Shown one piece after another: positions 51,989 through 62,430 of a stretch of 64,000 nt of DNA; the stretch's first letter is position 1; each line of letters starts with the position of its first letter. Under the pieces are notes generated by a model. The model saw only the letters and a list, made by a program, of their open reading frames with translations. It was not told the origin of the DNA and ran no database searches. The stretch covers positions 501,462 through 565,461 of the forward strand of contig JBHLNF010000002.1 of assembly GCA_048937405.1 (NCBI GenBank), read 5' to 3'. Position numbers and translations under genes: made by a program. The stretch is from Promethearchaeota archaeon. Its GTDB lineage: Archaea; Asgardarchaeota; Lokiarchaeia; Sigyniarchaeales; SOKP01.

Positions 51989-52285
51989 ATGGCAAAATTT
52001 AAAATAGTGGTTAAAAAGGGGTGCTTCTTCTGTGATTTATTGATTAAATGGCTTTCAGATAAAAATGTTGATTATATTATCTTAGATTATCAAGATCCTA
52101 AAGATTTTGATGATCCTTTGATGAAAAATCCAACTTTTAATAGTCTATATTGTGATATGAGTGCGTGTGTTGAAAGTTTACCATTAATTGTAAAAGATGA
52201 CAAAAAATTTTATTATTCAGAAATATGGGATTTAGTGAATAACTCGATTATAGAAGAAAAGGCACGGGAAATCTTCGAAGTATAA
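51989..52285 (+). CDS. Glutaredoxin-like protein
   Basis: KKGCFFC near the N-terminus; SLP cis-Pro region. Confidence 0.6.
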   Translation: MAKFKIVVKKGCFFCDLLIKWLSDKNVDYIILDYQDPKDFDDPLMKNPTFNSLYCDMSACVESLPLIVKDDKKFYYSEIWDLVNNSIIEEKAREIFEV

Positions 52286-52425
52286 TCTTTTTAAAAATTT
52301 TTCTTCTTTTGTTTTAATTAGTAGCAACCCCGATATTTTTTTTTAATTTTCCATTTGAAGATTCCCTGACAAACTTTTTCTTGACAATCAAACCAATAAC
52401 TTATTCTGCAAACTTTTAATGATTT

Positions 52426-53088
52426 CTAATACAATAATTCTACTTCAAAATCTTCTTTTTTCTGATTATATAGTTTCCAATAATTTTCTGCAATAGCAGA
52501 AGGATTGTATTTTTCGTCTTCTGGTTTAACAAGTCCACAAATAATAACAGAACCGACATGAATATTCTTGGGGGTTAACTCTGCTGCCAAGGTTTTTACT
52601 AAATTAATAAGTGCACCTTTACCAATAGAAAGAGACGCGAATTCTTTATGAGGTTCAATGCCCAGATGACCACCTGTAATAAGAATAGTACCTTCTTTTT
52701 TTGCTAACATTGTTGGAAGAACCTCTTGAACTGCAGTTAACACTCCAGCTACATTCACTTTAAAATCCGTGACTAGAGATTCGAATCGTTCTTTAAGGAT
52801 ATTTCTCCTTTTTAAGCGAGCAGCATTATAGATTAATACATCCGTGTTTCCTACTTTTTGTTTTAATTCATGAAATGACTTCTTTAATGAATCTTCTATA
52901 CTTGCATCTCCTGCAAAATAATAAGCATTTATTCCATCTTTTTTTAATTCATTTTGCAGATTTTGTAATTTTTCTACATTGCGTGAAATCATAGCTATTG
53001 TAAAACCTTTTTTACCAAATTTTCTTGCAATACCCATTCCATTACCGGGACCCATTCCTAAAATGGTTATAATTTTTTTCTTTTCCAT
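52426..53088 (-). CDS. Short-chain dehydrogenase/reductase
   Basis: GMGPGNG, YNAA, ITG, LSIGK (atypical, lacks YxxxK). Confidence 0.85.
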   Translation of the reverse strand: MEKKKIITILGMGPGNGMGIARKFGKKGFTIAMISRNVEKLQNLQNELKKDGINAYYFAGDASIEDSLKKSFHELKQKVGNTDVLIYNAARLKRRNILKERFESLVTDFKVNVAGVLTAVQEVLPTMLAKKEGTILITGGHLGIEPHKEFASLSIGKGALINLVKTLAAELTPKNIHVGSVIICGLVKPEDEKYNPSAIAENYWKLYNQKKEDFEVELLY

Positions 53089-53261
53089 TACGTCTCATCC
53101 ACTTCCTTTAACAGTTATAAAAAATAAACCATATATTTTAATCATAATTAATGATATTAATTTTTAGATTGGTAAAAATTAGATATTAAAATTATTTATT
53201 CTCTATTTGAGTTATATATTTCAAATCAATCTTTTCATTCGAGATTTTAAATGTTTTACAA

Positions 53262-53642
53262 TCATATCTTCCCATTCAATTGTATTCCATAATTTTTGAG
53301 AAATTGTAATGCTTTAGAGGGATCTGCTTGAGGCATGGCATAAGCTACGAGCATACCTCCTTCAAATGGAGCGAATAATATATAACCCATCCCACTGGCG
53401 CTTGTTCCAATAAATCCTTCAGTAGTACTACCAATAACAGAATATTTTAGATCGCTTAAAACAAATGAAGTGTCTCCTTTAATGACATTCAATATGATGT
53501 TTGTTTGATTTGAAATATCCCAATTGCTCGTTTGAAAAATTAATTTTCCTGAATCGGACACAACTGCGACTCCTGCAATTTTAATATTATTCTCTAGGGA
53601 AGAAATTCCCAATTCGGCAATAATATTTTTTATATCATCCAT
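53262..53642 (-). CDS. Asgard profilin
   Basis: 126 aa from MDDI; GVAVVSDSGKLIFQTSNWD...FIGTSASGMGYIL...LVAYA resembles Lokiarchaeia profilins. Confidence 0.8.
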   Translation of the reverse strand: MDDIKNIIAELGISSLENNIKIAGVAVVSDSGKLIFQTSNWDISNQTNIILNVIKGDTSFVLSDLKYSVIGSTTEGFIGTSASGMGYILFAPFEGGMLVAYAMPQADPSKALQFLKNYGIQLNGKI

Positions 53643-53783
53643 ACTCTTATTGTAATAAATAAAATTTTTAATTATTTTCATTAACATAAATAAAATTTAG
53701 AATATTTTTAAAGAGATGAATTGATTATTTTTATTAATTTAGTTATTCTATCAAATTTGTAATCATAGAGGAAGTGAGCAATT

Positions 53784-53990
53784 TTGGTAAAGAGTATGAA
53801 AGTAAGTATAATTTTACTTGTAGTGGGTCTAATTTTGATAGTAGTCGGTTTTTTGCTTCTTTTTCTGACTATAGTTCAGTGGGAAATATGGATTGAAAAT
53901 TTAGAGCTTATTGGAATACTAATAATTTTGCTATTTTCTATTATTTTAATAATTATTGGGATTGGTATAATTATCAAGTTTATTACTTGA
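53784..53990 (+). CDS. Small two-TM membrane protein
   Basis: Two hydrophobic stretches; SD-like GAGG upstream. Confidence 0.55.
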   Translation: MVKSMKVSIILLVVGLILIVVGFLLLFLTIVQWEIWIENLELIGILIILLFSIILIIIGIGIIIKFIT

Positions 53991-54145
53991 AGTTTCTTAT
54001 TTTTTTCTATTTAGCATTGGCTTATAGATATAATTTTAAAAATTCGCTTTACTTATATCGGAAAAAAATATATTAGTGTAATGTTTTTAAATACTTAAAA
54101 ATAAAATATATGACATAGCTAAATTATAAACTGAAATTATCCTCC

Positions 54146-55807
54146 ATGAGTGAAGAAGAAAAGTTCGAATTAATAATTAAAGAGATTAAGGATATTTATT
54201 TGTTCTTGACACAGCAAGAACCTACCCCAGATGAAGAGATAGAGGCTCGAGAGAAATTAATTGATAAGATTCAATCAATAGTAACAATCGATACTCCCAA
54301 GGTTATTGAAAATGTTAGTTTATTTGAAGAAACTTATGATAAGTTAGAAAAATGGGATACATTAGAACTATGGTTTATAGAATCTGAATTACCAGAATAT
54401 TTAAAAAAAATAATTAATATTACAGAAGAATTACCAGAAATTGAATCTCAAGAAGAATATCAAGAATCCCCAACTGACAAGTTACGTGAAGATTTAGAAA
54501 CAGCTAGTGTTGATTTTGATCAAATTGTTAATAAGGTTTCAAAACAATTTCAAGAAGAAATCAAAGATCTTAAACAAGAAATTGATGTTTTAAAGTCAGA
54601 ATTGGAAAAAAAAGACGAGATTTCTAAGAAAGGACCTCCATTGAAGGTAATAAAAAAAATTTCACCTAAAAGAGACGTGAAACTACCTCCTCCTAAAATT
54701 AAAATACCCCTTGTTGGAAAACCTGGAAAATCACTACATATTAGAGCCCCAGGAGAAACAGAAATTGAAAAACCAAAAGGATTGATTGAGTTAAATTCAA
54801 TCAAACAGGTTCAGCAGAAAATTGAAGAAGAAATAGAAAAACTAAAAGTACCATTCGATGGAGAGTTAGAGATTGAACAAGATAAAACCACTGAATCTAA
54901 GAGCCTAGAAGCTTTACCAAAATTTTCAGAAACAGAAGTTGATTCAGAGTCAATTAAAGAGAAAGAATCTATTGTAGATATTCTTGAAGAATCAGAATCA
55001 TCTAATATTAAACCTATATCAGAAATTATTTCAGATCTACCTGAAAAACTACAATCAATCTCTGATATACTTGAAGAATCTGATGAATCTTCAGATTATA
55101 CAGAACCTCCAAAATTTACAGAAATGCCAGAAAAACCCAAAAAAAGCAAATTAATATCTGAAATTATAGAAATTGATACTGAAGAAGAGAAGATAATCCC
55201 ATTTACAGTAGAAGATTTAAAATTTGCTAAAAAACCAGATATCACAGTAAAATCTAATGATATTGAAAAACCTCAGGTTATCGCTCAAAAACCTAAAATT
55301 ACACCTGTAAGTGTTGAAGAAATTGAAGCAGAATCAATTCCAACTACTGGAACTGATTTATTCAATGTGTTTTCATCAGTGGGAGAAAAAACAACTGAAA
55401 AATTACCAACTCTGGATGAAACCTTTAGCAAAACACCAGAAAAAGAAAAGAAAAAGAAAGATGATAAAAAAAAGAAGAAGGAAGAAAAAGTTGAACTAAT
55501 TAAGACTGACACAGTTTCATTTGTTGAATTTGGTAATTCTAGCTTGGAAAAAACTAAGGCTGATGAAGATGAATCCTCTGTTGGAGATGAATTACCTTCA
55601 GATAAAGATTCTCTCTATCAAGAATTAATTGCCCTTGAGGGAAAACGATATTCACTAGAAAAATTTTTTAAAGAAATTGAAAATAGTTTTGCTACGGGTT
55701 CTATAAATGATAATGAATATAATAAACAAAGCAATGACCTGAGAATTCAATTAGATAATATAACTTCAAAAATCAACAACATAAGAAGAGTTATATCAAG
55801 CTTATAG
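54146..55807 (+). CDS. Acidic protein with long disordered centre and coiled-coil ends
   Basis: 553-aa E/K/P-rich ORF. Confidence 0.7.
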   Translation: MSEEEKFELIIKEIKDIYLFLTQQEPTPDEEIEAREKLIDKIQSIVTIDTPKVIENVSLFEETYDKLEKWDTLELWFIESELPEYLKKIINITEELPEIESQEEYQESPTDKLREDLETASVDFDQIVNKVSKQFQEEIKDLKQEIDVLKSELEKKDEISKKGPPLKVIKKISPKRDVKLPPPKIKIPLVGKPGKSLHIRAPGETEIEKPKGLIELNSIKQVQQKIEEEIEKLKVPFDGELEIEQDKTTESKSLEALPKFSETEVDSESIKEKESIVDILEESESSNIKPISEIISDLPEKLQSISDILEESDESSDYTEPPKFTEMPEKPKKSKLISEIIEIDTEEEKIIPFTVEDLKFAKKPDITVKSNDIEKPQVIAQKPKITPVSVEEIEAESIPTTGTDLFNVFSSVGEKTTEKLPTLDETFSKTPEKEKKKKDDKKKKKEEKVELIKTDTVSFVEFGNSSLEKTKADEDESSVGDELPSDKDSLYQELIALEGKRYSLEKFFKEIENSFATGSINDNEYNKQSNDLRIQLDNITSKINNIRRVISSL

Positions 55808-55967
55808 ACTTAATAATAGCACTTTATTCTATAGGAACAATAAATTATTATAAGTCTATAACTTAATCATTAAATTATGATAATTTTACAAATTTCTTTT
55901 ATGATTTAAGTTAATAAATAAATAATATATCATTAAAATAATTGAAAATAAAAAAAAAAGGATATTA

Positions 55968-57590
55968 TTATATTTTGAATTTCTTCTTTTTACTTATTCT
56001 AAATGTTATTAGTGAAATTCCTGAAATCCCTATCAAAAATAATGTTAAAGGTCCATAACCAGAAATTCGTCTACCTTCTTCTTCAACATATACTGTAAAG
56101 GTAGGATCTTGATTAATTGTGCTACCAGACCAAACTGGAAAACAAGTTAAGTAAAAAAATTTCGCTTCATCTAAAAACGGACTAAAAAAACCAATAAGTC
56201 CTGCAAGCTTACTTCCCGTTAAATTGGCTATTATACCAGCTAAAACTAATCGAATGTATAAATTTTCCATGAAACCCAATGGTAATGGTGTTGGAATCGC
56301 ATCATTCCTCAGCACTCTAGTTGGTGCGGGATATTCAGTAGTTCCATTTAAAGTATAATTAGGTTTAGAAGCAAAATCGATTTTATAAGCAGGATCATCC
56401 ATAAAATCATAACTAGCTTCGGTTATATTTTTTGCTGATGCTCCTAATGTATTATTGTTTTCATCAATAAAGTCTGTATTACCTGAATATTGAAATTGAT
56501 GTTGCCAATTATCTAAATCCATAACAATAATATTTACATGATTAATTACAGCAAGACTGAAACCTGGAATAAGAGAATTTCCACTTATTCTTTCAGCAGC
56601 AGCGGTTCCATTATAGTATCCGATATTAGTAGATACTGGTATTGTTATAGAAATATTTTCACCTCCAAAATTATCTGCCACTGTACCATTATCACCAACT
56701 ACCCATAAATCTGTGATTTCACCAATATCATATTCAGTTGTAGTACTAATTTCATTAAAACCTGGAATCGTACTTTCTTTTTGTGAAATTACATAAGTAA
56801 AATTTAACTCTGATAGAAGAGCAAAAGCAGAACAGTTCTGAAGTATCTCAGCCTGAGTTACAGTATTATCTAAACCCTCAGTAACATTAACTTTTTGCCA
56901 CAAAATAAAAATATTCTTGTAAGACATTCCATATTTAAAAATCCCTGGTTCAGTTTCTTCCATAGGTATTGGAAAAGCTGTAGTTCTAGTTTCATTGTCA
57001 AACCACATATATCTTGGTATTCCATTCACCAAAAAAATTAAATTGGTTATAAATTTATGATATTCTGAATAATAAGACCATCCCATATAGAGCTTATCAT
57101 TCTGATCCGGGATGTCTGGAATCCCTGGATTTTCTATATCTTCTCTATAAGCAAGTAATCCAAAAAAAGTATTTAATACAAAGATATGGATATTTGTTTG
57201 ACCTGGAGGACGAAAATGTTGTATTAATAACTGATAAGGAGCACATCCATAATTTGTTCTATTTGTATTATCCCAAGTATAGTTTTGCATAGCAATATAT
57301 AAACTTTGCACATTTTGAATATTATTCCAAGCAATAAAGAATTTCGAGTCTGTAATAGTATTATTATCTGTTAAACCCTCTGAAACATCACCTTGAGAAG
57401 GACCAGGATTATAATCTTCTTCTAAATATCCCCCCGCAAAATCGTATAAAATAGACCAATATTCTTCTGAAAATTTATGACCAATTCCAGATTCTATTGG
57501 CGCAGCTTTGCTTAATGGTATTACTGTAAATATAGACAGAACAAGTAAACAAAAAATCAATGAAATTGCAATTTTTCTCTTCAAATACAT
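55968..57590 (-). CDS. Secreted surface glycoprotein with Loki-CTERM-like anchor
   Basis: Signal peptide, NxS/T sequons, INQDPT motif; ends ISGY-TM-KKKK. Confidence 0.75.
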   Translation of the reverse strand: MYLKRKIAISLIFCLLVLSIFTVIPLSKAAPIESGIGHKFSEEYWSILYDFAGGYLEEDYNPGPSQGDVSEGLTDNNTITDSKFFIAWNNIQNVQSLYIAMQNYTWDNTNRTNYGCAPYQLLIQHFRPPGQTNIHIFVLNTFFGLLAYREDIENPGIPDIPDQNDKLYMGWSYYSEYHKFITNLIFLVNGIPRYMWFDNETRTTAFPIPMEETEPGIFKYGMSYKNIFILWQKVNVTEGLDNTVTQAEILQNCSAFALLSELNFTYVISQKESTIPGFNEISTTTEYDIGEITDLWVVGDNGTVADNFGGENISITIPVSTNIGYYNGTAAAERISGNSLIPGFSLAVINHVNIIVMDLDNWQHQFQYSGNTDFIDENNNTLGASAKNITEASYDFMDDPAYKIDFASKPNYTLNGTTEYPAPTRVLRNDAIPTPLPLGFMENLYIRLVLAGIIANLTGSKLAGLIGFFSPFLDEAKFFYLTCFPVWSGSTINQDPTFTVYVEEEGRRISGYGPLTLFLIGISGISLITFRISKKKKFKI

Positions 57591-57864
57591 TATATTCTCT
57601 CTGTAAATTGTTGGAAAAATTAATTCTTTTTTTTTAAGATAAATTATAGTTATTAATCATTATAAAAAGTCATATTTATAAAGTATTGGTTCGATTCCAA
57701 TAGAAATCCGATACATAACTTACTTAGCACCGAACTACCTAAAGAATAGTATTTAAATATGTCTCATTTTTAAACAGTTCTGAATTAATTATATTTAATC
57801 TTTCTTTATTTCTTTGTCCTCAGTTTTTAAAATACAATCATTCCTCTAATGATAATATCTTAGT

Positions 57865-58641
57865 CTAATCTTGAATAATTTTATACACAGGAGGCATTTT
57901 ATTTTTATGTTCTGCTAAACTTATCATTTGCTGAGTTTTTTCAACCTTATCACCATCTAAATCATTTAAAGATAAATTATAATCTATTCTATAAATTATT
58001 TCATCTAAATCATCATACGATATTCCAATCTCCGCTTCATCTGTTTGACCTTCCCATAATCCCGCACTTGGTGGTCTTTTAATGATTTGGTTAGGAATAT
58101 TTAGAATTTTTGCGATTTCTCTAACCTCACACTTATATAAGCTACCAATAGGTTCAAAATCAACACCACCATCTCCATATTTTGTAAAATACCCAATTAC
58201 CAATTCAGTTCTATTACTGGTTCCCGCAACAAGCAATTTTCCAAATGATTGACCAATAAAATAAATTGACATCATTCTTAGTCGAGGTTTTAAATTTGCT
58301 AATGCTATTTGACTTGATTCAATTAGAGGAGATGCAACTTTAATAAATTCATTATAAATACTTGTTAATTCTATTTTGATAAATTTAATTCCTAAATTTT
58401 CCGCTAATTCCTCCGCATCATCTAAATCTTGTGGGATTGATGAACAGGGTAGCCCCAACCCTATAACATTCTCTTTTCCAAGAGCATTAACACATAGCGA
58501 TGTAGTTACTGCACTGTCAATACCTCCACTTATGCCTACAACTACACCATCAATTTTGATTGAAGTTATATAATCTTTTATCCAATTTTGTATTTCAGGG
58601 ATTATAAGTCTATAATCTAACTTTCGCATAAAAAATTTCAC
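57865..58641 (-). CDS. nadE: NH3-dependent NAD+ synthetase
   Basis: GISGGIDS, NLKPRLRM, GYFTKYGDG, PSAGLWEGQTDE. Confidence 0.95.
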   Translation of the reverse strand: MKFFMRKLDYRLIIPEIQNWIKDYITSIKIDGVVVGISGGIDSAVTTSLCVNALGKENVIGLGLPCSSIPQDLDDAEELAENLGIKFIKIELTSIYNEFIKVASPLIESSQIALANLKPRLRMMSIYFIGQSFGKLLVAGTSNRTELVIGYFTKYGDGGVDFEPIGSLYKCEVREIAKILNIPNQIIKRPPSAGLWEGQTDEAEIGISYDDLDEIIYRIDYNLSLNDLDGDKVEKTQQMISLAEHKNKMPPVYKIIQD

Positions 58642-58784
58642 TGACTTTAATTATTAAATTCATGTTAAGCATAAACTTAAAAGAAAAGATTATAATAAAA
58701 ATTTTATAATTCAAATACAAAAAAAAAAACTTAATTTAATCAATTTACATTAATTTAAATTATAAAATTTAAAAATGATGAAGA

Positions 58785-59195
58785 ATGAGTGAGGAATTTA
58801 AAACAATTATAGATTCTTCTTTCGATAATGGAACTCCACTATTAATTTATACTAAAGACTATATTTATGGTATGATACCTACAACTGGAGATAAATGGCT
58901 GGAAGTATCATATACATTCGATGATCCTGATGAACCTTTAATAAAAGGTGAGAAAGGAGCAGATTTTGCATATCAATTGATGATGGAAGAAATCTCGAAG
59001 GGTGTTACTTTTTATGTCGAAGATTTAAAAGGGCCTTTATTAAAAGAATTCGCAGGAAGTACTGGGAAATCTGGTTCTGAGTTAATTTCAGCGGTAATTG
59101 AAGAATTAATAAATAACACTTCAAAATATACGAATAATATAGATTTTATTGTTAAAAGTAAAGACGAATTGGAAAAGCTCAAACAAAAAGTTTAA
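58785..59195 (+). CDS. Hypothetical protein
   Basis: 136-aa acidic ORF. Confidence 0.65.
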   Translation: MSEEFKTIIDSSFDNGTPLLIYTKDYIYGMIPTTGDKWLEVSYTFDDPDEPLIKGEKGADFAYQLMMEEISKGVTFYVEDLKGPLLKEFAGSTGKSGSELISAVIEELINNTSKYTNNIDFIVKSKDELEKLKQKV

Positions 59196-59207
59196 TATTA
59201 CACTTAT

Positions 59208-59702
59208 TTAAATATATAAACCACGACGTTGAGGATGTTTTTTCGTAAATTCTTTATCAATTCGTCTTCCTAATTTATGTCCGATATTTGGATCACGTTC
59301 ACTTATCAATTCTTTTAGATGATTTCCATGTTCTTGAGAATATTTTTCAATTCCTGTTGCAATAACGTTCTGATCTCTGTTTATAGGAACGATCATTCCA
59401 AATAAACGAAGCATATCATTAGGTGATAATTTTTTTCCAACTTCTTCGTCAATATCCTTGTCTAAATTCCTAACAACAGTACCCATGCTTAAAGCAGAAT
59501 AAGGACTTAATTGTTTTGATTTTAACCAATAAGCATTAGGTTTTTTTGTAATAAAAGTATCTGTATTTCCTTTATCATCATGTGCTCCTATTACTCGCCA
59601 GTCTTTTGGATCTTTATCATACTCTTTTTTCACTTTTTTAATTATTGAATTGATAGGAGCAACTCCGTAATAGTCCTTTTCATCTTTCTTATCACTTGTC
59701 AT
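59208..59702 (-). CDS. Hypothetical protein
   Basis: 164-aa ORF. Confidence 0.65.
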   Translation of the reverse strand: MTSDKKDEKDYYGVAPINSIIKKVKKEYDKDPKDWRVIGAHDDKGNTDTFITKKPNAYWLKSKQLSPYSALSMGTVVRNLDKDIDEEVGKKLSPNDMLRLFGMIVPINRDQNVIATGIEKYSQEHGNHLKELISERDPNIGHKLGRRIDKEFTKKHPQRRGLYI

Positions 59703-59822
59703 AATCTCTAATATATAAAGTTAATTTAACTATAAAAATCTAACAAAAATACTAAATTAACAATAAAATATTTTAAATTAAAAGTTATAGATGTTATACA
59801 ATAGTACTTTGAAAAAAGAGAA

Positions 59823-61709
59823 ATGACTTATCAAAAAGATTTTCAAAAATTCAAAGAATTCATTACTATATATGATAATTCTATTAAAACCAATGATTTT
59901 CAGCAATTAAATAAATTAATTCCATTGATCAAAGAATATGAAGAAAAATTCTTAACTAGTTACCATAAACGAAAAAAGGAGGGAACTTTTTATACTAACA
60001 AAAAAATTACAGATTTTATAGTATCTGAAACATTAATTCATTTAATTAATAAAAAATTCAACAGCTATGATTTAGTTCCTTCTCAAATTAGTAAAATTGA
60101 TGAAATTTATAAGCTCGATACTGAATTCAAAGAAAAAGTAAGTAAACTGTTATTCTCTGTTAAGATTTGTGATCCCGCATGTGGGTCGGGAGAATTCTTA
60201 TTAAGTTCTGCTGAAATTGCTTTTCATATCATTAGTAAATTAAATCCAAACATGACTATAGCTAATATTAAGAAACAAATCTTAAACAACTTGTACGGCT
60301 ATGACATTAATGAATATGCAATTAAATTATGTCTATTGAAACTTCTTAAATGGTATCATGATAAATTTGATTCCAATGGAAAAAAAATAGTATCTTTATT
60401 GAAATCAAATATAGTATTATCTAACAGTCTAATTAATTCAAATTTTCCCAAATTTGATATAATTATAGGAAATCCACCTTATGGAAATATTTTAACTCAA
60501 GATGATAAAGAAATTCTGAAAAAAGAAAACATCTTTAACAAGGATATTTACTGTGCTTTTCTATTAAAGGCTTTAGAGTGGAGTAAAGAATTCATAGGAT
60601 TCCTAGTTCCAAAAAGCTTTCTACTCCGACAGAGTTATATTAATTTTAGACAAAAATTTCTTTCTAAAGCTAATATCTTAAAAATTTATGATATTGGTTC
60701 TAAAATGTTTAAAACTGCGACAAATGAAGTACAAATAATAGTATATGAAAACAATAAAACTGATATAAAAAAAGACTTAGAGGTCTATGATTATCCAAAA
60801 ACTAAGATAATTACATATCCAAACCAATTTGTAGATTCATTAAGAATTTGTTTTAATCTAAAATGTCCTTTAATCTTAAAAGCGAAAAAGTTATATGTAT
60901 ATACTTTTGCGAATAAATGTCCCTTTTGTGGATCAGATACAGTAGAAATGAATCGGATTAGGATTAAACCAAATAAAGAAATATATAATTTAATTGAAAA
61001 AATTGAAAAAGTTGGAGATTTAAATTATTTAAATCCTGTAGTTTTTCCAAAAATGATCAGAGGAGAAGAAGAAAAAGGACTTAAGTTAGTAAAATCAAAT
61101 TTAAGAAAAGATATAAATGGTTCTTGTTTATTTATTAGCGCTAAAAATGATTTCACTTATTATAATTTCAAAAAAATAAAGTCATTTAATATAGAAGAAA
61201 TAAATTCAAAGTTCCTGAAAGGTATTAACTATGAATATTATAAACAACCAAAATTAATGATAAAACATAATAATATTATACCAGAAGCGATTTATACTGA
61301 AGAAAATGTTTGTTTTACATCATCAATTTATTCACTACTTCATAGTCAATCCGATGAATTAAAGTTTATTTGCGCTATACTTAATTCAGGTTTAATCCAG
61401 TTTTATTGTATCTATGGAATAAATAATCAAAAAGATACAACAATTAATTTAAATCAATATATGATTAGACATTTACCTATAATTGCAGTTAATAATAAGA
61501 TTAAGAAAACAATTGCAGATAAAGTAGAGCAAGTAAACAATTTATTAATTACAAACGAACTAATTACTAATGAAAGCGTTCAAGAATTATTAAAAGACAT
61601 TGATGACATTATATTTAACCAATATTCAATCACTGAAAAAGAAAAGAATTTGATAATCTCAGAATTGAGAAAGCAAATTAAACATTTTCAAATACTCTAT
61701 AATAAATGA
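59823..61709 (+). CDS. Gamma-class amino (N6-adenine) DNA methyltransferase with TaqI-like C-terminal domain
   Basis: GTFYT, DPACGSG (motif I), IIGNPPY (motif IV), AILNS. Confidence 0.88.
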   Translation: MTYQKDFQKFKEFITIYDNSIKTNDFQQLNKLIPLIKEYEEKFLTSYHKRKKEGTFYTNKKITDFIVSETLIHLINKKFNSYDLVPSQISKIDEIYKLDTEFKEKVSKLLFSVKICDPACGSGEFLLSSAEIAFHIISKLNPNMTIANIKKQILNNLYGYDINEYAIKLCLLKLLKWYHDKFDSNGKKIVSLLKSNIVLSNSLINSNFPKFDIIIGNPPYGNILTQDDKEILKKENIFNKDIYCAFLLKALEWSKEFIGFLVPKSFLLRQSYINFRQKFLSKANILKIYDIGSKMFKTATNEVQIIVYENNKTDIKKDLEVYDYPKTKIITYPNQFVDSLRICFNLKCPLILKAKKLYVYTFANKCPFCGSDTVEMNRIRIKPNKEIYNLIEKIEKVGDLNYLNPVVFPKMIRGEEEKGLKLVKSNLRKDINGSCLFISAKNDFTYYNFKKIKSFNIEEINSKFLKGINYEYYKQPKLMIKHNNIIPEAIYTEENVCFTSSIYSLLHSQSDELKFICAILNSGLIQFYCIYGINNQKDTTINLNQYMIRHLPIIAVNNKIKKTIADKVEQVNNLLITNELITNESVQELLKDIDDIIFNQYSITEKEKNLIISELRKQIKHFQILYNK

Positions 61710-61723
61710 GGATTGAAAAAAGA

Positions 61724-62218
61724 TTATTCAACTAATTTAAAACAAAAATCACACTTATTATCTCCTAAACCTAGTGATTTAGTTCGCTCAAATTTTATTT
61801 TTGGATTAAATTCTTCAAAAGCAGCTTTATAAAAGGGAAAACACATATTATTGCATATTAATGGAATTAACTCTTGTCGTTCTGGATTTCTATCCATTAT
61901 TCCTTTATAGGGACACTCTTTTATATTAATGATCACTTCTAAGGAAGAAATTTGAGAAATTTCATACTTCCAACCTTCTATAGACCATCTGAAAGTTATT
62001 ATTTCAATTAAATCATCTAAATTATTTGATTCAATTTTCAAATATCTTTTAATCCTTCGAAAAAAGATACTCATTAACCTTACCCAAACAGCTTTATCAA
62101 TTTTTAAAGCTGTATCCCACCCTACTTCCTTTTCAGTTTCTAACATCCATACGCCATCCATTGTAAAAAAATTTTTCTCGAAATAAAATAATTTATCTGC
62201 TTCAGTAATTTTTTTCAT
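61724..62218 (-). CDS. DUF6125/V4R-like protein
   Basis: DGVW, ECP, C...C, GDNKCDF. Confidence 0.55.
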   Translation of the reverse strand: MKKITEADKLFYFEKNFFTMDGVWMLETEKEVGWDTALKIDKAVWVRLMSIFFRRIKRYLKIESNNLDDLIEIITFRWSIEGWKYEISQISSLEVIINIKECPYKGIMDRNPERQELIPLICNNMCFPFYKAAFEEFNPKIKFERTKSLGLGDNKCDFCFKLVE

Positions 62219-62430
62219 TCAACAAAACTCCTTTAAATCTATTCTATTTATTATAATAAACTCATGCGAAGTACTTTTTATTATTTTTTAATATGAAGAA
62301 TTTGTAAAATTATTGTAAAAGATTTCATAATCTTTATTTAATAGAATAAATTAGACATATCTAATTCTTAGAATTTTTTAATAATTAATTTGTTTTCACA
62401 ATTCATAATATTCAAGTATAAAATATTAAT

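Noticed and set aside
59208-62218. Defence island or mobile element around the methyltransferase
   Set aside because: No integrase, transposase, nuclease or flanking repeats were recognised.
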